From: Schizochytrium sp. TIO01
Lineage: Eukaryota; Protista; Bigyra: Labyrinthulomycetes
Assembly (NCBI GenBank): GCA_004764695.1
Contig: SMSO01000005.1
Location: 620,001-684,000, forward strand
Direction of reading: 5' to 3'
Length of the DNA stretch: 64,000 nt
Of the stretch, positions 23,018 through 37,900 are shown piece by piece. Under the pieces are notes generated by a model. That model saw only the letters and a list, made by a program, of their open reading frames with translations, did not search any database and had not been told where the DNA came from. Position 1 is the first letter of the stretch. The number at the start of each line of letters is the position of its first letter. The translations under genes and the position numbers were made by a program.

Positions 23018-24735
23018 GGCTGTTTGGGTTTTGCCGTCGGGGTTGCTGCTGTGCTGTCAGTTTTGCGGTGAGGCCACTCTTCCCGTAGAGACTTCACTAG
23101 GTAATAATAATGGCAATAATAATAAAGTGCCGCACGGGTGGGAGGAGTGTTTTTTCTTCGCGCGCTTCGCACTTTCCTTCTCTTTTTTTTTTTTTTTTTT
23201 TTCTTTTTTTCGAATAAAATAACTAATTAACAAATTAATTACTTAATTTGTTTTTCCAAAGTCACTCGCCGCCTAATAAAATAAAAGACGATGAAACAAA
23301 ATGAAACCAATCGATTTCTTTCTCTGCTTCTTTCTCCTCCTCCTTTGACTGTCTGCTTGCCTGCCTGCTCTCCCTGTCCTTTGCTTGATCCTTCTTTGCT
23401 GGCCAAGTATTCCTGCTTCTATCCCCTCATTTTATAACCTTCTCTCTCTACCTCTGTGGAAATCCAACTCAGTGCCGTTTCTATACATGCAGCGCGCGCA
23501 CCCCGTTCGAATCGAAGCACATACAAACTAAGTTGGCAGCTATAGATAGAAATAGATAGCTAACTATGCAATCAATCGATGGATATTCGTATGATCGATC
23601 CATAAATGGAATCGATATGTTTTTATAGATGGAAGTCGACCTATCTCAACAGTCTCTTCGAACAGCGCTTTTCTCCTCGCGTGCTTGGAGGTCGCTTCAG
23701 ATCACTCAGAAATCTGTGGTCTTCTGGCCAGCCTGCTGCGTGCCTGCGTGCCTGTTGCTGCTCTGGTGCTGTCTGTATGTTATCAGTCTGTCTGTCTGTC
23801 TGTCTGCCTGTCGGTATGTATGTATGTTTGTTTGCCTTTGGATGGCACTGTCGCTGGCGCTGCGATTGGGGCTCTGCTGCAGTTTCCTGGAAACAGGTAA
23901 GCTGCAGTTTGGTTTCTTTATCCAACCAACCAGAAAATTGATAATCGAGGAGAGAAAGGAGGTTTGGAGAAGCAGAGGAAGAAAAAAGAAAGAGAGCACC
24001 AGAAAACGAATACAGAAAACAGAGCGACTAGATAAGAACAAGAGGAAGATAAGAATAGAATTCAAAATGAAGTTGACGATGAAAGTACCAGAACAGGTTA
24101 TTAACCTGACTTTCAAGTTGTTCTTTCGTCAACAACTTTCAGCGATTCCCCGACGGTCAGTCGATGACACTATTATATTGAGCGCCATGAGATTGTCTAT
24201 CAGTCTAACTGTGTCACCTTTGTTCGCTTGTGCATGATGCATTTATCCTTTCATCTATTTGACCAATGTTAAATGGTAAAAACAATTTTAAAAATTAAAA
24301 AATATATAAATATTCATATATATTTATATTTTGAATCGTGATATTTGCTTTAACACTATTTAAAGTATTAATTTTCAAAGACTTTCTATTCTTATCGCTC
24401 CTAATATTGTTTATTTATCTTCAAAATGTATCCTCTAACATTCAAAATTAAATAAGAGTGTTAAATTATATTATATTATATTATATACATTTTATTATTA
24501 TTCCTTTCTTTATTGTAAATAATAATATTCATTCCACTTATTCACTCATGGCTCACTTTCTCACATAACTCACTCACCCACTCGCTCACTTCTTGTTCAC
24601 TTAAGTTGTCGCTCTCACACGCTCACCGTAGTCGTTTGCCACTCCCTTATCCTATCTGACTGACGAGGCGACACCTTTGTTCAACCTCCATGATTCTTCT
24701 TCTCACTCGTCTCCACCTTTGCTTGCCTGAACGCA

Positions 24736-24791
<56 letters not shown>

Positions 24792-24808
24792 ATTGCTTGC
24801 TTGCTTGC
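24736..24808. repeat. (CTTG)n microsatellite, one interruption
   Basis: Seen directly. Confidence 0.95.
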
Positions 24809-25760
24809 CTTCTACTTCAAACTGTTTCCCCCTTCTGGAGAACTCTTACTGTTGGCTTTTGACGGCTTCTGTTGGCGTCTGTTATTGAAATTGCCTCCGT
24901 TGGTCTGCTCACTACGCCATTTTCCAGCGCTAAATCAAGCACCTTTATGTGTGTGTTCTCGCTCTTTGTGCGGAGTATTATTTATTTACTTCATTCGTTC
25001 GTTCGCTCACTCGCTCGCTCGCTGCGCTCTTGTTTTAGCTAGCTACCCAGAGCGAGGAATGGTTTTCATGTTTACTGCCTACGAATTATGACTAATATTG
25101 TGATTTGTTCCCAAGCGCCTTCTGGTATTTGCTCTTTTCTGCTCACGGCCTTCGCGTGCTTGCTTCTTCTTCCCTTTCGCAGATACTAACTCGTTATCAA
25201 TCAATTCATTATTCATCTATCAATTTTACAAATAATCATCGATCATCCTTTTCTCTTTTCTCTTTCCTCTTTTTCTTTTTTTTTCTTCTCCTCCTTAAAC
25301 ACTATGTACTGTTATTATTTTATTCTTTCTATTTTCCTCGTCCTCCTCGTCCTCCTCCTCGTCTTATTCTTTGTCCATATTTCATTTTACATAAAAAAGA
25401 CAAGCAAGAAAAGAACTGTGAAAAGAACTCGAAGAAGAAATCAACCATGTGCTTCCAAAAGATGTTTTTTTCTTAGAATTGTTTTCTTTCTTTTTTAAAA
25501 TTAAAAAATAGCATTGCTGTTGGTAATTGGGATGCATGCTCCTTCGCATTTATACTTACTTGGTCGATGTGCTGAAGGCAGTAGCAATGAGCGCCTGGGT
25601 ATTTGTTTGGCTACCTACCTCCCACTCCACTCGCACAATATTACAAGGAAATGAATAACGCAGTCAAAAGATGCTCCTACTCGCTCTTTCTTTTGCCATC
25701 ACTCATTAAAAATATGACTCTCTCGGCCCTCCTTCAGGTCTAGTCGCCGTAGTTCTTTTC

Positions 25761-25822
25761 GTTGTTCTTGTTGTTCTTGTTGTTCTTGTTGTTCTTGTTG
25801 CTGTTGTTCTTGCTGTTGTTGT
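25761..25822. repeat. Imperfect (GTTGTTCTT)n repeat
   Basis: Seen directly. Confidence 0.85.
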
Positions 25823-26530
25823 TATTTCCTTCAGGATCTAAATCATGGCAGCTGCTCTTCTTCGCCTCGTTTGCTGGCCCTTCCGCTCTTCCCAAACAGC
25901 AGATGGGTAAATGAAATGTCCAAATCCATGTACGCCATGATCAAATGTCCACGGACCAACTCATTCAACGTCCTCTTCTCCTTCTCCTTCTCCTTCTCTT
26001 CTCCTTCTCTTCTCTTCTCCTTCTCGTCTCTTCTTTCCTCTTCTGCGTAGATTGAACTGAGTCGCCAAGCCCCATCCTAGTGCCTCTCTACGCAGTGCTA
26101 GTCGCTGATGTTTTCCTCTTGTCGCCTCTGGTCCGCTTTGTGTGTGGTGTCAGAAGAAGGAAGTCGCACAGGTTGAGGAACGGGGACGCGGATGGCGGAG
26201 CGGTCCGCTCTACTGCTTGTTTTGGTCTCGAGCAAAGTGCACGGAAGCAAAGAGCAGTGGAATTGAGACCAACTGTGAAGCACTAGAAGTGCTTACTGAA
26301 GTTAACCTTGGTACTAGCAGTAGTGTTATCATCACTGTTATGGCTACGAGCCGTAGCTGTAGTAGTAGTACTGCTACTAGTAGTAGGAGTGGTTATGAAC
26401 CATGACTACTTACATAGGCGTGCGTTTAGGCTAGACCGCAAGGGACAGGAAGGACCAGTCAGTGATCCGCAACGTGTGGAATCAGCACCACCGTTAGCTA
26501 TGTCTCCCATATAGTGTAGTTTATTGTATC

Positions 26531-26693
26531 TACATACATACATACATACATACATACATACATACATACATACATACATACATACATACATACATACATA
26601 CATACATACATACATACATACATACATACATACATACATACATACATACATACATACATACAACATACATACATACATACAACATACATACAT
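26531..26693. repeat. (TACA)n microsatellite, ~40 units, two single-A insertions
   Basis: Seen directly. Confidence 0.97.
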
Positions 26694-28288
26694 ATAGCAT
26701 TCTCCTTTTTCCCTTTACTATTATCATGCAATGTTGGAAGGAATAGAAGTTTCTTTTATTCCTTGGGTTTCTTGAAACAAACTTTTCTTCTTTTCTTTTT
26801 GCAAAACAAAGAAAAAGAATGACGAACTCAATAAACGGGCGATTTACAGAAAAAGCAAAGCCTCTGCCCCGGAGAATATCCGTTCCTAGATGAAGTTTCT
26901 TGTTAAAGTAGCTGCTTGCCAGACGATGTTGAATTATCAGACATCGCAAGAGCTCGTGCAAGGGTAAGCGCAATTAGCTGCTGGCAACCGATCACGTATC
27001 TACATTGACTACCACCCAGAGCCACCGTATTCTGTGCAACCTGGGAGAATGCTAAGTTTTTTTGTTTTTTCTTTAGCAACTCGTTAAACAGATTTTTAAA
27101 GAGGTTTTTTTTAATTAAATAAAATTAAAATAATTATAAAATGAGAAGGGGAAAAAATAGAACTCGGACTCTAACAAAATATTTATTTCCTTTCGAAATG
27201 AATGGCAGGGCCTTCTGATCTACATCCATCTTGCTTTATCCAACCACTGCTGCAAAAGAGGTTCAGAAGCTGCATTAGGTTGAGGTGCCTCGAGATAGTC
27301 TTGGAAGATGCGACTCTTTTGGTTCTAAACGCCGCGCAACAGGTTTATCCCACCTCATGATGATATCGTCTCCTTTCCTCCGACTCCCTCACACGTCCAC
27401 AAGAACTAATTTCGTACATTTTCTCTTCTTCTTCTGTTTCATGTATATAAATACTCAATGTTACATATTTAGGCCTATATTATAATAATCTAATCTCAAA
27501 GTCATCTCGTTTTCCCGAGATATCGTAAGTTAAAAGGTCTTCTTCATTTATATATTTATAATAGTTTTAAAACTTAGTGAACGAAAGAGGTTCTGAATAT
27601 TAGAAGTGAAGAGCAGCATTTCCTAACCCATCCATGTTTGCTGACTTGATGGCCTTGATCCTGCATGAGTAGCACACAGACGCGCGGCGAGAATCAGAGA
27701 CCAGGCCTTATTCTCGTCTCGTGTGCTGTGAGCCCACTTCAGTGGTAGTCCTTTGTTTGCCTTTCGTTCTGACTATCTAGATTCTCTATACTCAAGCCAC
27801 TCCCTCCATCGATCTACCTGGTACTTGCTCTGAAGAGAGCGAGCGCTATGCGCAACAAGCAAAACAGATGCGCTTGGCTTTCTTTTGTTTCTCTCTTTTG
27901 TCTCTCTTGTTTCTCTCTTTTGTCTCTCCTTGGTCTCTCTTGTCTGACAGCAGTCCATCTGCTTGCTGGCCTCTCAGTCGGATCGATTCTGCTTTCCGGA
28001 CTGAGCCAGCCACAGCTAGCTTGCACGTTGCTCTGGGCCCAAGCTACCTCAGCTTTAGCTTCCTTGCTCTTGCTTGCTCTTGCTTGCTCCTGCTTGCTCC
28101 TGCTTGCTCCTGCTTTCGTTTCCGCTCGTCTGGCTGACATGAGGACCTGAAGTGGCATTCTTTTGCTCGTGTCGAATCGAGTGGTACCTCAGGAGGGAGG
28201 GCACTTCTTTGCGCTGCAATCCATAGATAGCTAGCTAGCTAGCTATAGTAGCTATCTGGCCTCCTCTGCTTTGCGGAACAGAGAAGGA

Positions 28289-28432
28289 GAAGAACTTGAA
28301 GAAGAACTCGAAGAAGAACTTAAAGAAGAACTTGAAGAAGAACTTAAAGAAGAACTCGAAGAAGAACTTAAAGAAGAACTTAAAGAAGAACTTAAAGAAG
28401 AACTTAAAGAAGAACTTAAAGAAGAACTTAAA
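28289..28432. repeat. 12-bp minisatellite GAAGAACTYRAA x12
   Basis: Twelve tandem units with three variants. Confidence 0.95.
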
Positions 28433-28789
28433 GAAGAAGATGGGGTGATCTGTGGAAGTGAGAGAATCTGAGGCAGGCGAAGAAGAAGAAGATGGCCCGC
28501 ATCGACCTCCTCATCCTCGTCATCAAGACCACCGACTGAAGTCATCGTCGTTCTCGTTACTCTGGTGCCCTGCTGCGCGGTGACAGGTTCTGAGAAGAAG
28601 AGGGACTTCTTTTGCAATGAATGAAGAATGAACTCATGGATGAACGGATGAATGAATAATTGATTGATTGATTGATTGATTGCCTGGTTCTCTCTGCTCT
28701 GCCTTCAGCTTCCTTCCACTTTGCACGCCATTCATGAGCACCATCAACACTCCATCAACATCAACTCGAACGACGCTGCACGCTGCAGC

Positions 28790-28887
28790 GAAGGAAGGAA
28801 GGAAGGAAGGAAGGAAGGAAGGAAGGAAGGAAGGAAGGAAGGAAAGAAGGAAGGAAGGAGGGAAGGAAGGAAGGAAGGAAGCGAGAA

Positions 28888-28930
<43 letters not shown>

Positions 28931-28972
28931 GAAAGAGAAAGAGAAAGAGAAAGAGAAAGAGAAAGAGAAAGA
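28790..28972. repeat. Compound purine repeat (GAAG)n followed by (GAGAAA)n
   Basis: About 180 nt almost pure purine tract. Confidence 0.95.
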
Positions 28973-31900
28973 AGACAGACATATAGCTAGAAAGAGAACG
29001 TGCGTGTTCTTTCTTTCTTTCTTTCTTTCTATACAGCTATCTAGCTAACTAAGTAGGTACCTGCAAGCATGTCGAATCCGATCGTGCTTTTCGTATTTGA
29101 AGGTTATCCGCCTCTTTGCAAGTCTGCTGCATCGCATCAAATACTAGACAAACCACCAGACTCGCTCCCTTTTAATACTTGACTTGCTTTGCCTTACTTT
29201 GTCTCGCTCAGTTGTTTCGGATTGCGTTATGAGGCTGGAATTGATTGATCAAGCAAGCTGGGGTGATCAGTTTCGGGAGACCCAAATTGACACCTCGTAT
29301 TTTCCAAACCAACATCGGAATTAGTCATGCAAATTGGCCATTCTATTCCAGCAGCGAGCCGGCAGTTTAATTCTCGGGAGCTAGCTATCCGTATCTCTCT
29401 AGACAAAAGGTGGAGGAATAAAAGATCTAGGTAGTAAGAGAACCATGGAGCATTTTGATTTCTAATCTATTTAAGAAAATAGTAATAGAAATAATGATGC
29501 TACTCTATGCTATGGATTTCCTTGGTTGGAGATGTGCAGAAGGCATTTAGTCCTCGCACTCATTTTCGACTTACCTCACATCCACAATCACTATTATCAA
29601 TAGCTCGAGCGTTTGAAAATACCAAAAGAAACACAGGGTATTTTAATTCTCTATAGGGTCTAATTCTCGCTATTGTCTCTTCTGCTATCTCAGCAAATGA
29701 ACACGATGGGAACAGACTCTCTTCTATATATATATCCCTTATTTCTTCAAACTTCACCACCTTTCATTATTTTACCAGTTCAAGTGTTTCAAATTTTTGT
29801 TTAAACTTATTATAATTATTATTGTCAAAATAAATAAATAGAAAGTCAACTGCTTTTGTTTAAAATATGTGTTTTCAAGTGATTTGTTGAATTTTTAACA
29901 GAGTAAATTACCAAATGTCACACTTTGGAAATGGTAAAAGAGAGAAAAGAAAAAGTGTGTTATCTGCGGGTTCCATAGAGGCCCAAAAGATGCGACAGAG
30001 GTTGGCGTTGATAAGCACTAAGCAAGCTATCCAAGAATTCTTCTGTTTCTGTTCTCTGTTTTTTTTTGTTTTTTCCCATTTCCCTCTTTCCAGTTTCTCG
30101 AGAGTTCTGGCCTCTGCTTCCCTCGACAAAGCCTATACGTCACCTATCGCGGACCATGAACAGGCTTTCCTATAGCTAGAATCGATGATGTCAGGGTTCA
30201 ATCGTTTTGTGTACTACAATTTTGAGCGAGCGAGCGCGAGCGCCTCGGAGGATCTGTCTTCAAGTGCAATAAGTCTCACCCCGCAAAGCGTTAAACATAT
30301 GCATGCAACGATTTAATGCATATTATAAAAGGTTTTGCTCGACTTTAAACAAAATTCTCCACAGGATGGGGTTTACATTTGGGCTACACAACTAGAAAAA
30401 TCGTTCAGATAGTAGGTCGGTGCGTCGTTAAAACATGTAAAGAAGACTTATACCTGCTCAATTTGAGAACGGGTCATCCAACGACCCTCTTATAACCTGA
30501 AAAATTATGTAAGGCATAAGGGATCATAATTTTTATTTACGCAACCTTTGCATTATCCATCTCTTTTTCTCCTCTCTTTCTCTCAGGTTCTATTGACTAA
30601 CATAGAAACCCAAGTCAAAACGAGCTCTCGTCCTTTTTCTTTAACGAGCGACTATTTTGGCTTGACTATTTACCCACTATATTTAACTCATCATCTCTGA
30701 GTAGAGATTGCTTTTTCATTCAAGATGATAGCATCCAACTATAGTGATTACGTCCCATCCAAAGAATAACCTATGTTTTCTGTCCGAATAGAAGCCTCTT
30801 TAAGAACAAGAGGAAGGTAGGTACAAGGAGAAGTAGTCGGTATCTGCTTCTAGCCAGGCTTCTTTCTTCTATCTAATAGCTTTGCAAACTGTTTTCAGGG
30901 TGTCCGATTTACTTTTTTTTTAAAAGCAGAAGTCTAACCACAAAAGATATCACCAACTAAGATGGATCTTCTGTAGTGATGAAAGTTACCTTAACTGCTT
31001 AACCTAGAAGGCCAAAACGACATAATAAAAGTGCCAGGTCTAGGTACCTCGCATTCAAGTGACCAATGTTCAGGCCGAATTGAAGTAGCTCGCAGGGAAA
31101 AGAGTGATATCAGTTAAAGACGCTGGGCTTTCTTAAAGCATGAGCAACGATCCTTGACCGTTTTATACTTTTGCTTCAACTTGCTCGCACAACGGACTTA
31201 GTTAGGCTCCGCACCAGGAGAATTGATGTCGACCTCAAGGACCCTGGTTGAGAAATAGTAATAGTACTACCTAGGCAGACGTTTTACAATAAAAACGCTT
31301 CGTAAAGGTTGTGCAAAATTCAAAGCGATGTGTTGTTTGTGAATTCGTGCACAGTGATCACTCATTGATATGTATTTATTTACTCACGGACAGCTCCAAA
31401 ACTTTATAACATCGTCCTTACGTTGTGACAATTGAAATAGACGACTGGATCAACACGAATAGGGACTATGTAGGCGATGCGGAAAATTAATTTTGCTTAG
31501 ACAATCGCATTTTTTTTACTGGATAAAAGTTCTGCAATGAGCGAACTGCCGTGGTTCCGATTGGCCGGTGACTATATCTAGCGAAATCAATCTCCAAGTC
31601 AATTTTTTTTTTTTCCTACCATGCTAGATGCTAGTCTGGTTTCTATTTTTAATTAAAATTATACGTGCAATTAAAGAGAGTCTCCCATGATTTTCAATGA
31701 TTTCCGAAAATAAGATAAATTCTTCTTCTTCTTCTTCCTGAATTTTTACAGACAACGTATGGTAACTAATATACATATACAGTAGTAGATCAGTTTAAAA
31801 ACTATCTACATTCTTTTATTCCTCATTGATATAACTCCTGAATCATAACTTTTTTAAAATCATGTTTTATTCTTATTCATATTTTTAAAATTAAGTTATC

Positions 31901-34900
31901 TAAATAAAGATATCAAGCGGAAGTATTTTAATTAGCCTCTACAAAACAGGATTAGGGCCCGTAGGAACATGCAGTCTCTTCAGAAATAGGTAGAAGTGAG
32001 ATCTCATGGCAAGACCATCTTGCCTGTTCAGAATAAAGAACCTGTTTGATAAATGAGACTCAGCAACCTTCCAAATCAGAGTATTTTCTTCTTTTATCTA
32101 GCCTGGGCATCAGTACAGACGGCGTTGTAGCGCATCATGCTAATATCCTAATGGAAGAGTAGCACATATGGTAATGGAGATAGTAACTCGGAGAATACAT
32201 AAAGCACTAACAAGTTAGATAGTTTACGACTGAGATATCATTGCCATCACGACTGAGTTCCAAACTTGGCTGAAGGTTACCTCGGCTGAAAAGTATATAT
32301 AGGCTTGTAGCCGGGCAGTCACATAGCTTATGTTGAGAAAATATGTTGAGAAAATAGTAGTGATCATCGCATTGCTACTTCAATGTCCCAAAGGTATTAT
32401 ACATACAATCTGAGGAATTGAGTTCGAGCTCCTGGCTATATTTCATAGCTTTACTTTATAGGAAGAATAAAATGACAGGCTGAAAAAAAAATTAAAATTA
32501 AAATAAGAGGTCTCTACGTCTGCTCGAATAACGTCTTGCTAGGTGAGAGAGTCGAACTTGGCAAAGGTTTCAACCATCCCACTTGAATTCAGAAGCTTCA
32601 AGGTTGTTACGCCGTGAAGTGAAAGCAGTTTTTAGTTGGAGAGCTACCTGCGATGGGTGCAACTAAATTTCGTCAGAAGCTAATGAGCGCCTTCGATGCG
32701 TGTCAGACATCGCTATAGGTCCTGCGTGCAGTCTAAGTATTTGACATTGTACCTTACGTAAAATATTTTGGGGACCTTTTATGAGGATCACGCTACATAA
32801 ACTTCGAAATATGTAGATATAGTCAGGTTTGATATTTCGCGGAGCTGCACAGGTTCGTTCTCCGTGTGACTCATTTTTCCTACTTAGTCTAATTTTAAAA
32901 AGACATTTTCTTATTTATTTGGTATGTTTTAAAACAACCAAACAAACAAACAAATTTTAAAAGAAGCGAAATAGGAAAGAAGAAAATGTAGAGGCTTGCG
33001 ACACCGGTCCAGCCTAGATAATATATTAAATATTGGCACTCCTCAATAAATCTACGGAACTTTGTACAGTGCCGTCAGATTGTTCAGTCGATTCGCTAAA
33101 TTCTATAGTATAACTTCATCCCAGAGATCTAATTTTTAACTTTCGGTATGAAAGCAGTGGTCCTTTCAAATCGTCCAAGTAAGTGAGTGAATTGTTTGTG
33201 CTGTATGCAAATAATAGACAAACTCTGAAGGGTGGAGATTTGGACGAAGTCAAACTTCATTCATGTTGATACCAGCAAAACATTTATGTATGATGAACTG
33301 AGGTTCTGTACTCACAGAATGAGGCTTTGTATGCAACGTTCATGCTTCACGTTCAAGCTGCAGAGAAACTGCTTTTTTGTAGTCCGCCACGAATCGATTT
33401 ACTAGAGCGTACAAGCAGCTGTATTTGGCTACAATGATGCTTTTAACACGTGCCTCGTAACGTAACAGTCGAGTAATGGTAACGACCTTACCACTACTTC
33501 TAATTTGTCTCCAAGATTGATTTTACTATTTTGTAGTCGCGCAAAAATGGGCCAAATTGAAAGAAAAATGAAAAGTTTGAGTATTCTTTGGCCCGCCCTT
33601 ACTAATACGCTTCATGATGAGAAAGTTTCACTTATGTTGCAACTTGGAACTGAGATTTGGCGTTGGGACTCCACATAGAACCAAACTTCAGTTAGTAGAG
33701 CTCATATCCTGACGCGACGATAAATTTCCAGATGACGCAACCACTTCTTCAGTTTATTTTGAACGACTCCTCCATGGGGAAGTCAAAGCACTACGAAGCT
33801 GCAAGAACGCCAGAATTCTCTTCTTCTGTTATATCCAAATTGCGAATCTGAACCTACACGTATACTTACACCACAGAGGAACAAAAAGAGTACTCATGAG
33901 AGAAAGCTAAACAAATGCCGCTCACTTTTACACTTCAAATCTATTGGAGCAGAAGTCAGTGGAAGGAAGCCACGTTTTGGGGATTCATTTAAAAAATTAA
34001 CTCTTTTTAATTTTGAAAGTTTACCATACAATAATGATCATAGTAGTAAATTACTAGATGTTATTATATATTAATTAGTTTAAATACTTTAATGTGTAAC
34101 AATAATGATAATAATAATAATGATAAAGTAGAGTTGGAAGTTTTATATCTTGCAATTATAATTGCAATTTTTCATTTCTTTGTTTATCAGAACGTTTAAA
34201 AGAAGTTTGTACATTCTTAAAATCGCACTAAAACACACGATTATCCGTAAAAGTGGATCATATACTGATTTTGCTTTCTTCAATGAAATGATGCCATTTT
34301 GTGACAATAGTGCTGAGACGTTCAAGTTCGGGCTGATCTTAAAGGTTAATAAAATCACTCAATATTCTTTTTAGAAAAATTCAATTGCGCACGGTATTAT
34401 TGATAACATGTGTAGAAATTTGAAGATGATGCATCTTTCCGCACAATTTTCTTCCATGAGGGTCCGTAAAATGATAGTCTCAAAGGTTACTTTGAAAAGC
34501 TCTTTAAGACTAGATCTATCGCTGAAGTTATCTTCTATATTCTGAGAATTGATTAATTAAAATGAGATTTAGAATTTGTTGGCTATCACCTATTCGTCCT
34601 TTTAAAGTCCCTTGATGCTGTAAGTTTGCAGTTTGCCTTCTAAAGTTGAACAATCTTTACATTCAAGCAAAACTCAAACACCACGCTTCTCGTATCCTTT
34701 AAGCTCGTATTTTGCTCTGGCTATGTACTTTTAAGACACGGGTTGCGATAGCTTCTTCATTTATTTTATGTGCAGATCTCTACGCATAACGCACGTCATG
34801 ACTTGTTTTAACGCTCCAATTCACAATCAAGACGTCTGCCTAAACAACTGAATAGTTAACCTATAAATGAATTTTCACCTGCGAACACGAACAAAAGTAA

Positions 34901-37900
34901 TGGCCTTTCCGTTTTCCTACCTGGACTGAAGTATTCTGCATTGAAGAAAAGTATGGAAATCCAGCAGAACTCCTCAATATGAGGGCTTTTCGCTTGCATA
35001 AAAATTATAAACTATGTGCTTGGCTGATCTATTCATAGACCAGATTTTTGGTGACCTTTTGGTGCCCCAACCCTGGCCTGTTTTGTTTAAATTTTATAAT
35101 GAGATCTCGTCATGTCAACCTCTGCAAAGAATTACAAGTTGCCACAATATATTCAGCAACTTGTGCGAGCGCAGGCGTATGATTGTCTTTTTGCTGGGGT
35201 AAGGAGAACGTGACTATGATCGACGAATGAATGAGTTGACCTTCCCCTGATTTTACTAACTCAGAGATGAATGAAATCGCTCGTACTACCTGAACATGTT
35301 TCCTCCTGCCTAACTTGAAAGTCGAAATGATGAAGAAAAGTGTGGTATGACCCACGTTGAGTAGCCGCTACTCGTACAATATCTGCTCGATTATTAGCAG
35401 AGGTTCTTCAAGTTCTGGCTTGTGTAGCAATTAATGCTCTAGCTAGGCAAGAACCGAGCATCACAAGCAAGAACTAAAGAACACGCGCAAGGAGTACTTC
35501 GCTTACGATCATATAAACCTTTTAGCAAGCAATGTGCGATTCCAAGAGAACAAACAACAGTAGGAGCGGAGCTTGCCTATGCACCTACCTCCTTGTGGAG
35601 ATAAAGAAGAATAGACAGAAGCAAGAAAGCTCAAAGTGTGATCATCTTATTGTTTGACATTGTTGGAAATATATTTTGAAGCACAGAAGTGGCGGCAGAA
35701 ATGGTCATAATACTCTACTAGAGCCTAGCCGTATTGTATAGAGTCTGTGATTAGAGCAATTACTATATCAATCGTTTGGAGGCTCCTTGTCCTCCCTCCT
35801 CCATCCCCGACCGACTTGAGCTTAAATATTTTATTTAAAAAATTGCAAACAGATAGCCAGCCCGGCTCAGAAGATGGCGATGAGAATGCGACCGCCTGCG
35901 ACTGCCATAGTAGGCTCAATATATTGCGCTTTTATCATAGTAGTCTTGATAGGTATTTCTTAATTTAGTATTTAAAAAATAATTAAATTATATATATATA
36001 TATAATAGCTTTTAGAGAAGAAATGAAGTTCCAATCTATCTCAAAGCTTCTCACGCACACTAAGGCGGACCAAGAGTCTTCCTTGGTGCAAAAAAACAGT
36101 GCACAAGCTTCGAGTTTAAATTGTCATAGGCCGCAGACCTCTGTATGGCACTAAAATGTTGTTCGCAATGCTTTCTGCTTTGAAAGTTGAGAAACAACTC
36201 AGCAAAGTTAGTTCTGATAAATAAGAATGCCAGAAACGACTTCTAGGCAGAGCCATAGTCCTTCAGCATTTTTTCGATTTCTTTGAATCCAAGCGGCCTC
36301 TAATCTGATTCGTGCACCTGAACCTGAAGCTTTATCTGAAATATTGCAATGCAGGGGTCACCCGACCTTCATAAAGATTGAGACGCTTCTGCAGCATATG
36401 CCATATACTTTCCACACTATGTCCACGGGATTGAGGTAGCTCGTGCGACATCAAGATAGAGCCACCCCATTCGCCTGGTTTCTCCCATTCAATCTATACA
36501 AAGTCGATACAGTCGCACTCTGAGCCAGCGCTGAGTGACAGAAGTGTAAGGAAAGTAAAAGGATACTGACAGGGTTCCTTTTCGCATTTTGATTTTCTTA
36601 AAACATATGACAGCCGAATATCTGATTTCAAGCTTTGAAGGAAAGGAAATAATGATGGTGTGATTTAAATAAGCTGCAGGTATATCGTTCCCACCCGGTT
36701 CGAAAATGCGCTCGTCTCATAGCTTCGCACAAGGGAGTATTCAATGGATTTTACACATAGATAATCCGATTAAATATATCTATCCACCAACATTGTGAGT
36801 GTTCAAAAGTTCTGATTCACCTGTTCTTTGGAAAGGATTGCAATTGGCTTGCAGTATTATTAATTTTGGAACTATGAACAGAGTCGCTTTGTTTCTTGCT
36901 TAACGCTACCTTTTGACAGTAGACAGATAGTTTCAATACTGAAAATGAGCGAGGGACGACGTTCCTTAACATTGTTGTTTACTAGGTAACGAAAGTATAC
37001 TCATTAATCGCGATTAGCCATGCAGTGAATTGCAGGTTCCTAGGTATTACTGCGCCGAGATTTACTAAATAATAAAATTGCAAGAGTGGTGAACTCTCCA
37101 TGGCTGCCCAGCCTGCCAATATTGTATAACACCTGCATAATGAGACATTCTCTCTATATCTCAGACTTTGCAGTGATAGTTTTAGTACTACTTGAAATAA
37201 AAGGGTTCAATCTGCCAACTAAACATGGACATATTCCTCAGAGCAACTTAGTTAGCATAAAACACCTTTAGATATGCCAAAAATCAGTAGAACCTCTTCT
37301 TCGAGTGGACTCAGGACTCTTTCATGCTTCGTCAGTCATAGGTACGTATAGATGTAGTATTATGCAAACACAACAGACACTTCTAATAGGCAAGCGTTCT
37401 TCGTCAGTCAAGGAGAGGGAATGGCATCTACTATAAAGTTTCTGCTACTTTTATCATTCACAGAGTTTAGCTTTTTTAATGACCCACAAGCCGATCCACC
37501 TTATAATTGTAAAGACGATACCTACCTGTCTATTTACCTATTTTCATGCTAAGTACACCTTACACACTTCACTTACCTCAAATAACTTCAGATTCTATTT
37601 TTTGTTTATATTTATTATTTTGACCAGGCCTTACCGGTTTTTAGTATATATTTGAATTTAAGGTTTCAAGTTCCATGTTTGTTTGTTTTAACTTCTTGTT
37701 ACTCCCAAAATAAAAGCTTTGTCTATCTGTTTCCTTTCTATTTTTCCTCCTATTTTTCAGGCTTGAGTTTGATTCTCTCTCGACGTTCAGCAAGTAAGAA
37801 ACTGCTTTGTATGTTAAAACACACGATTATTTCCTTTAATCATAGGATCTCTTTTTAGAATGATGTAGATCTTACCCCTTGTTTGCTTTGTCAATAAATA

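Noticed and set aside
23606-24237. 202-aa ORF 23629-24237 and overlapping ORFs
   Set aside because: Built from low-complexity TCTG/TATG and purine tracts, open in several frames, with no domain features.
32538-32560. tRNA T-arm-like fragments (also near 61303-61320)
   Set aside because: No acceptor, D or anticodon arm can be built.
34231-37830. Shared 14-mer AAACACACGATTAT at two sites
   Set aside because: Several 14-mer matches are expected by chance in 64 kb; the match does not extend.
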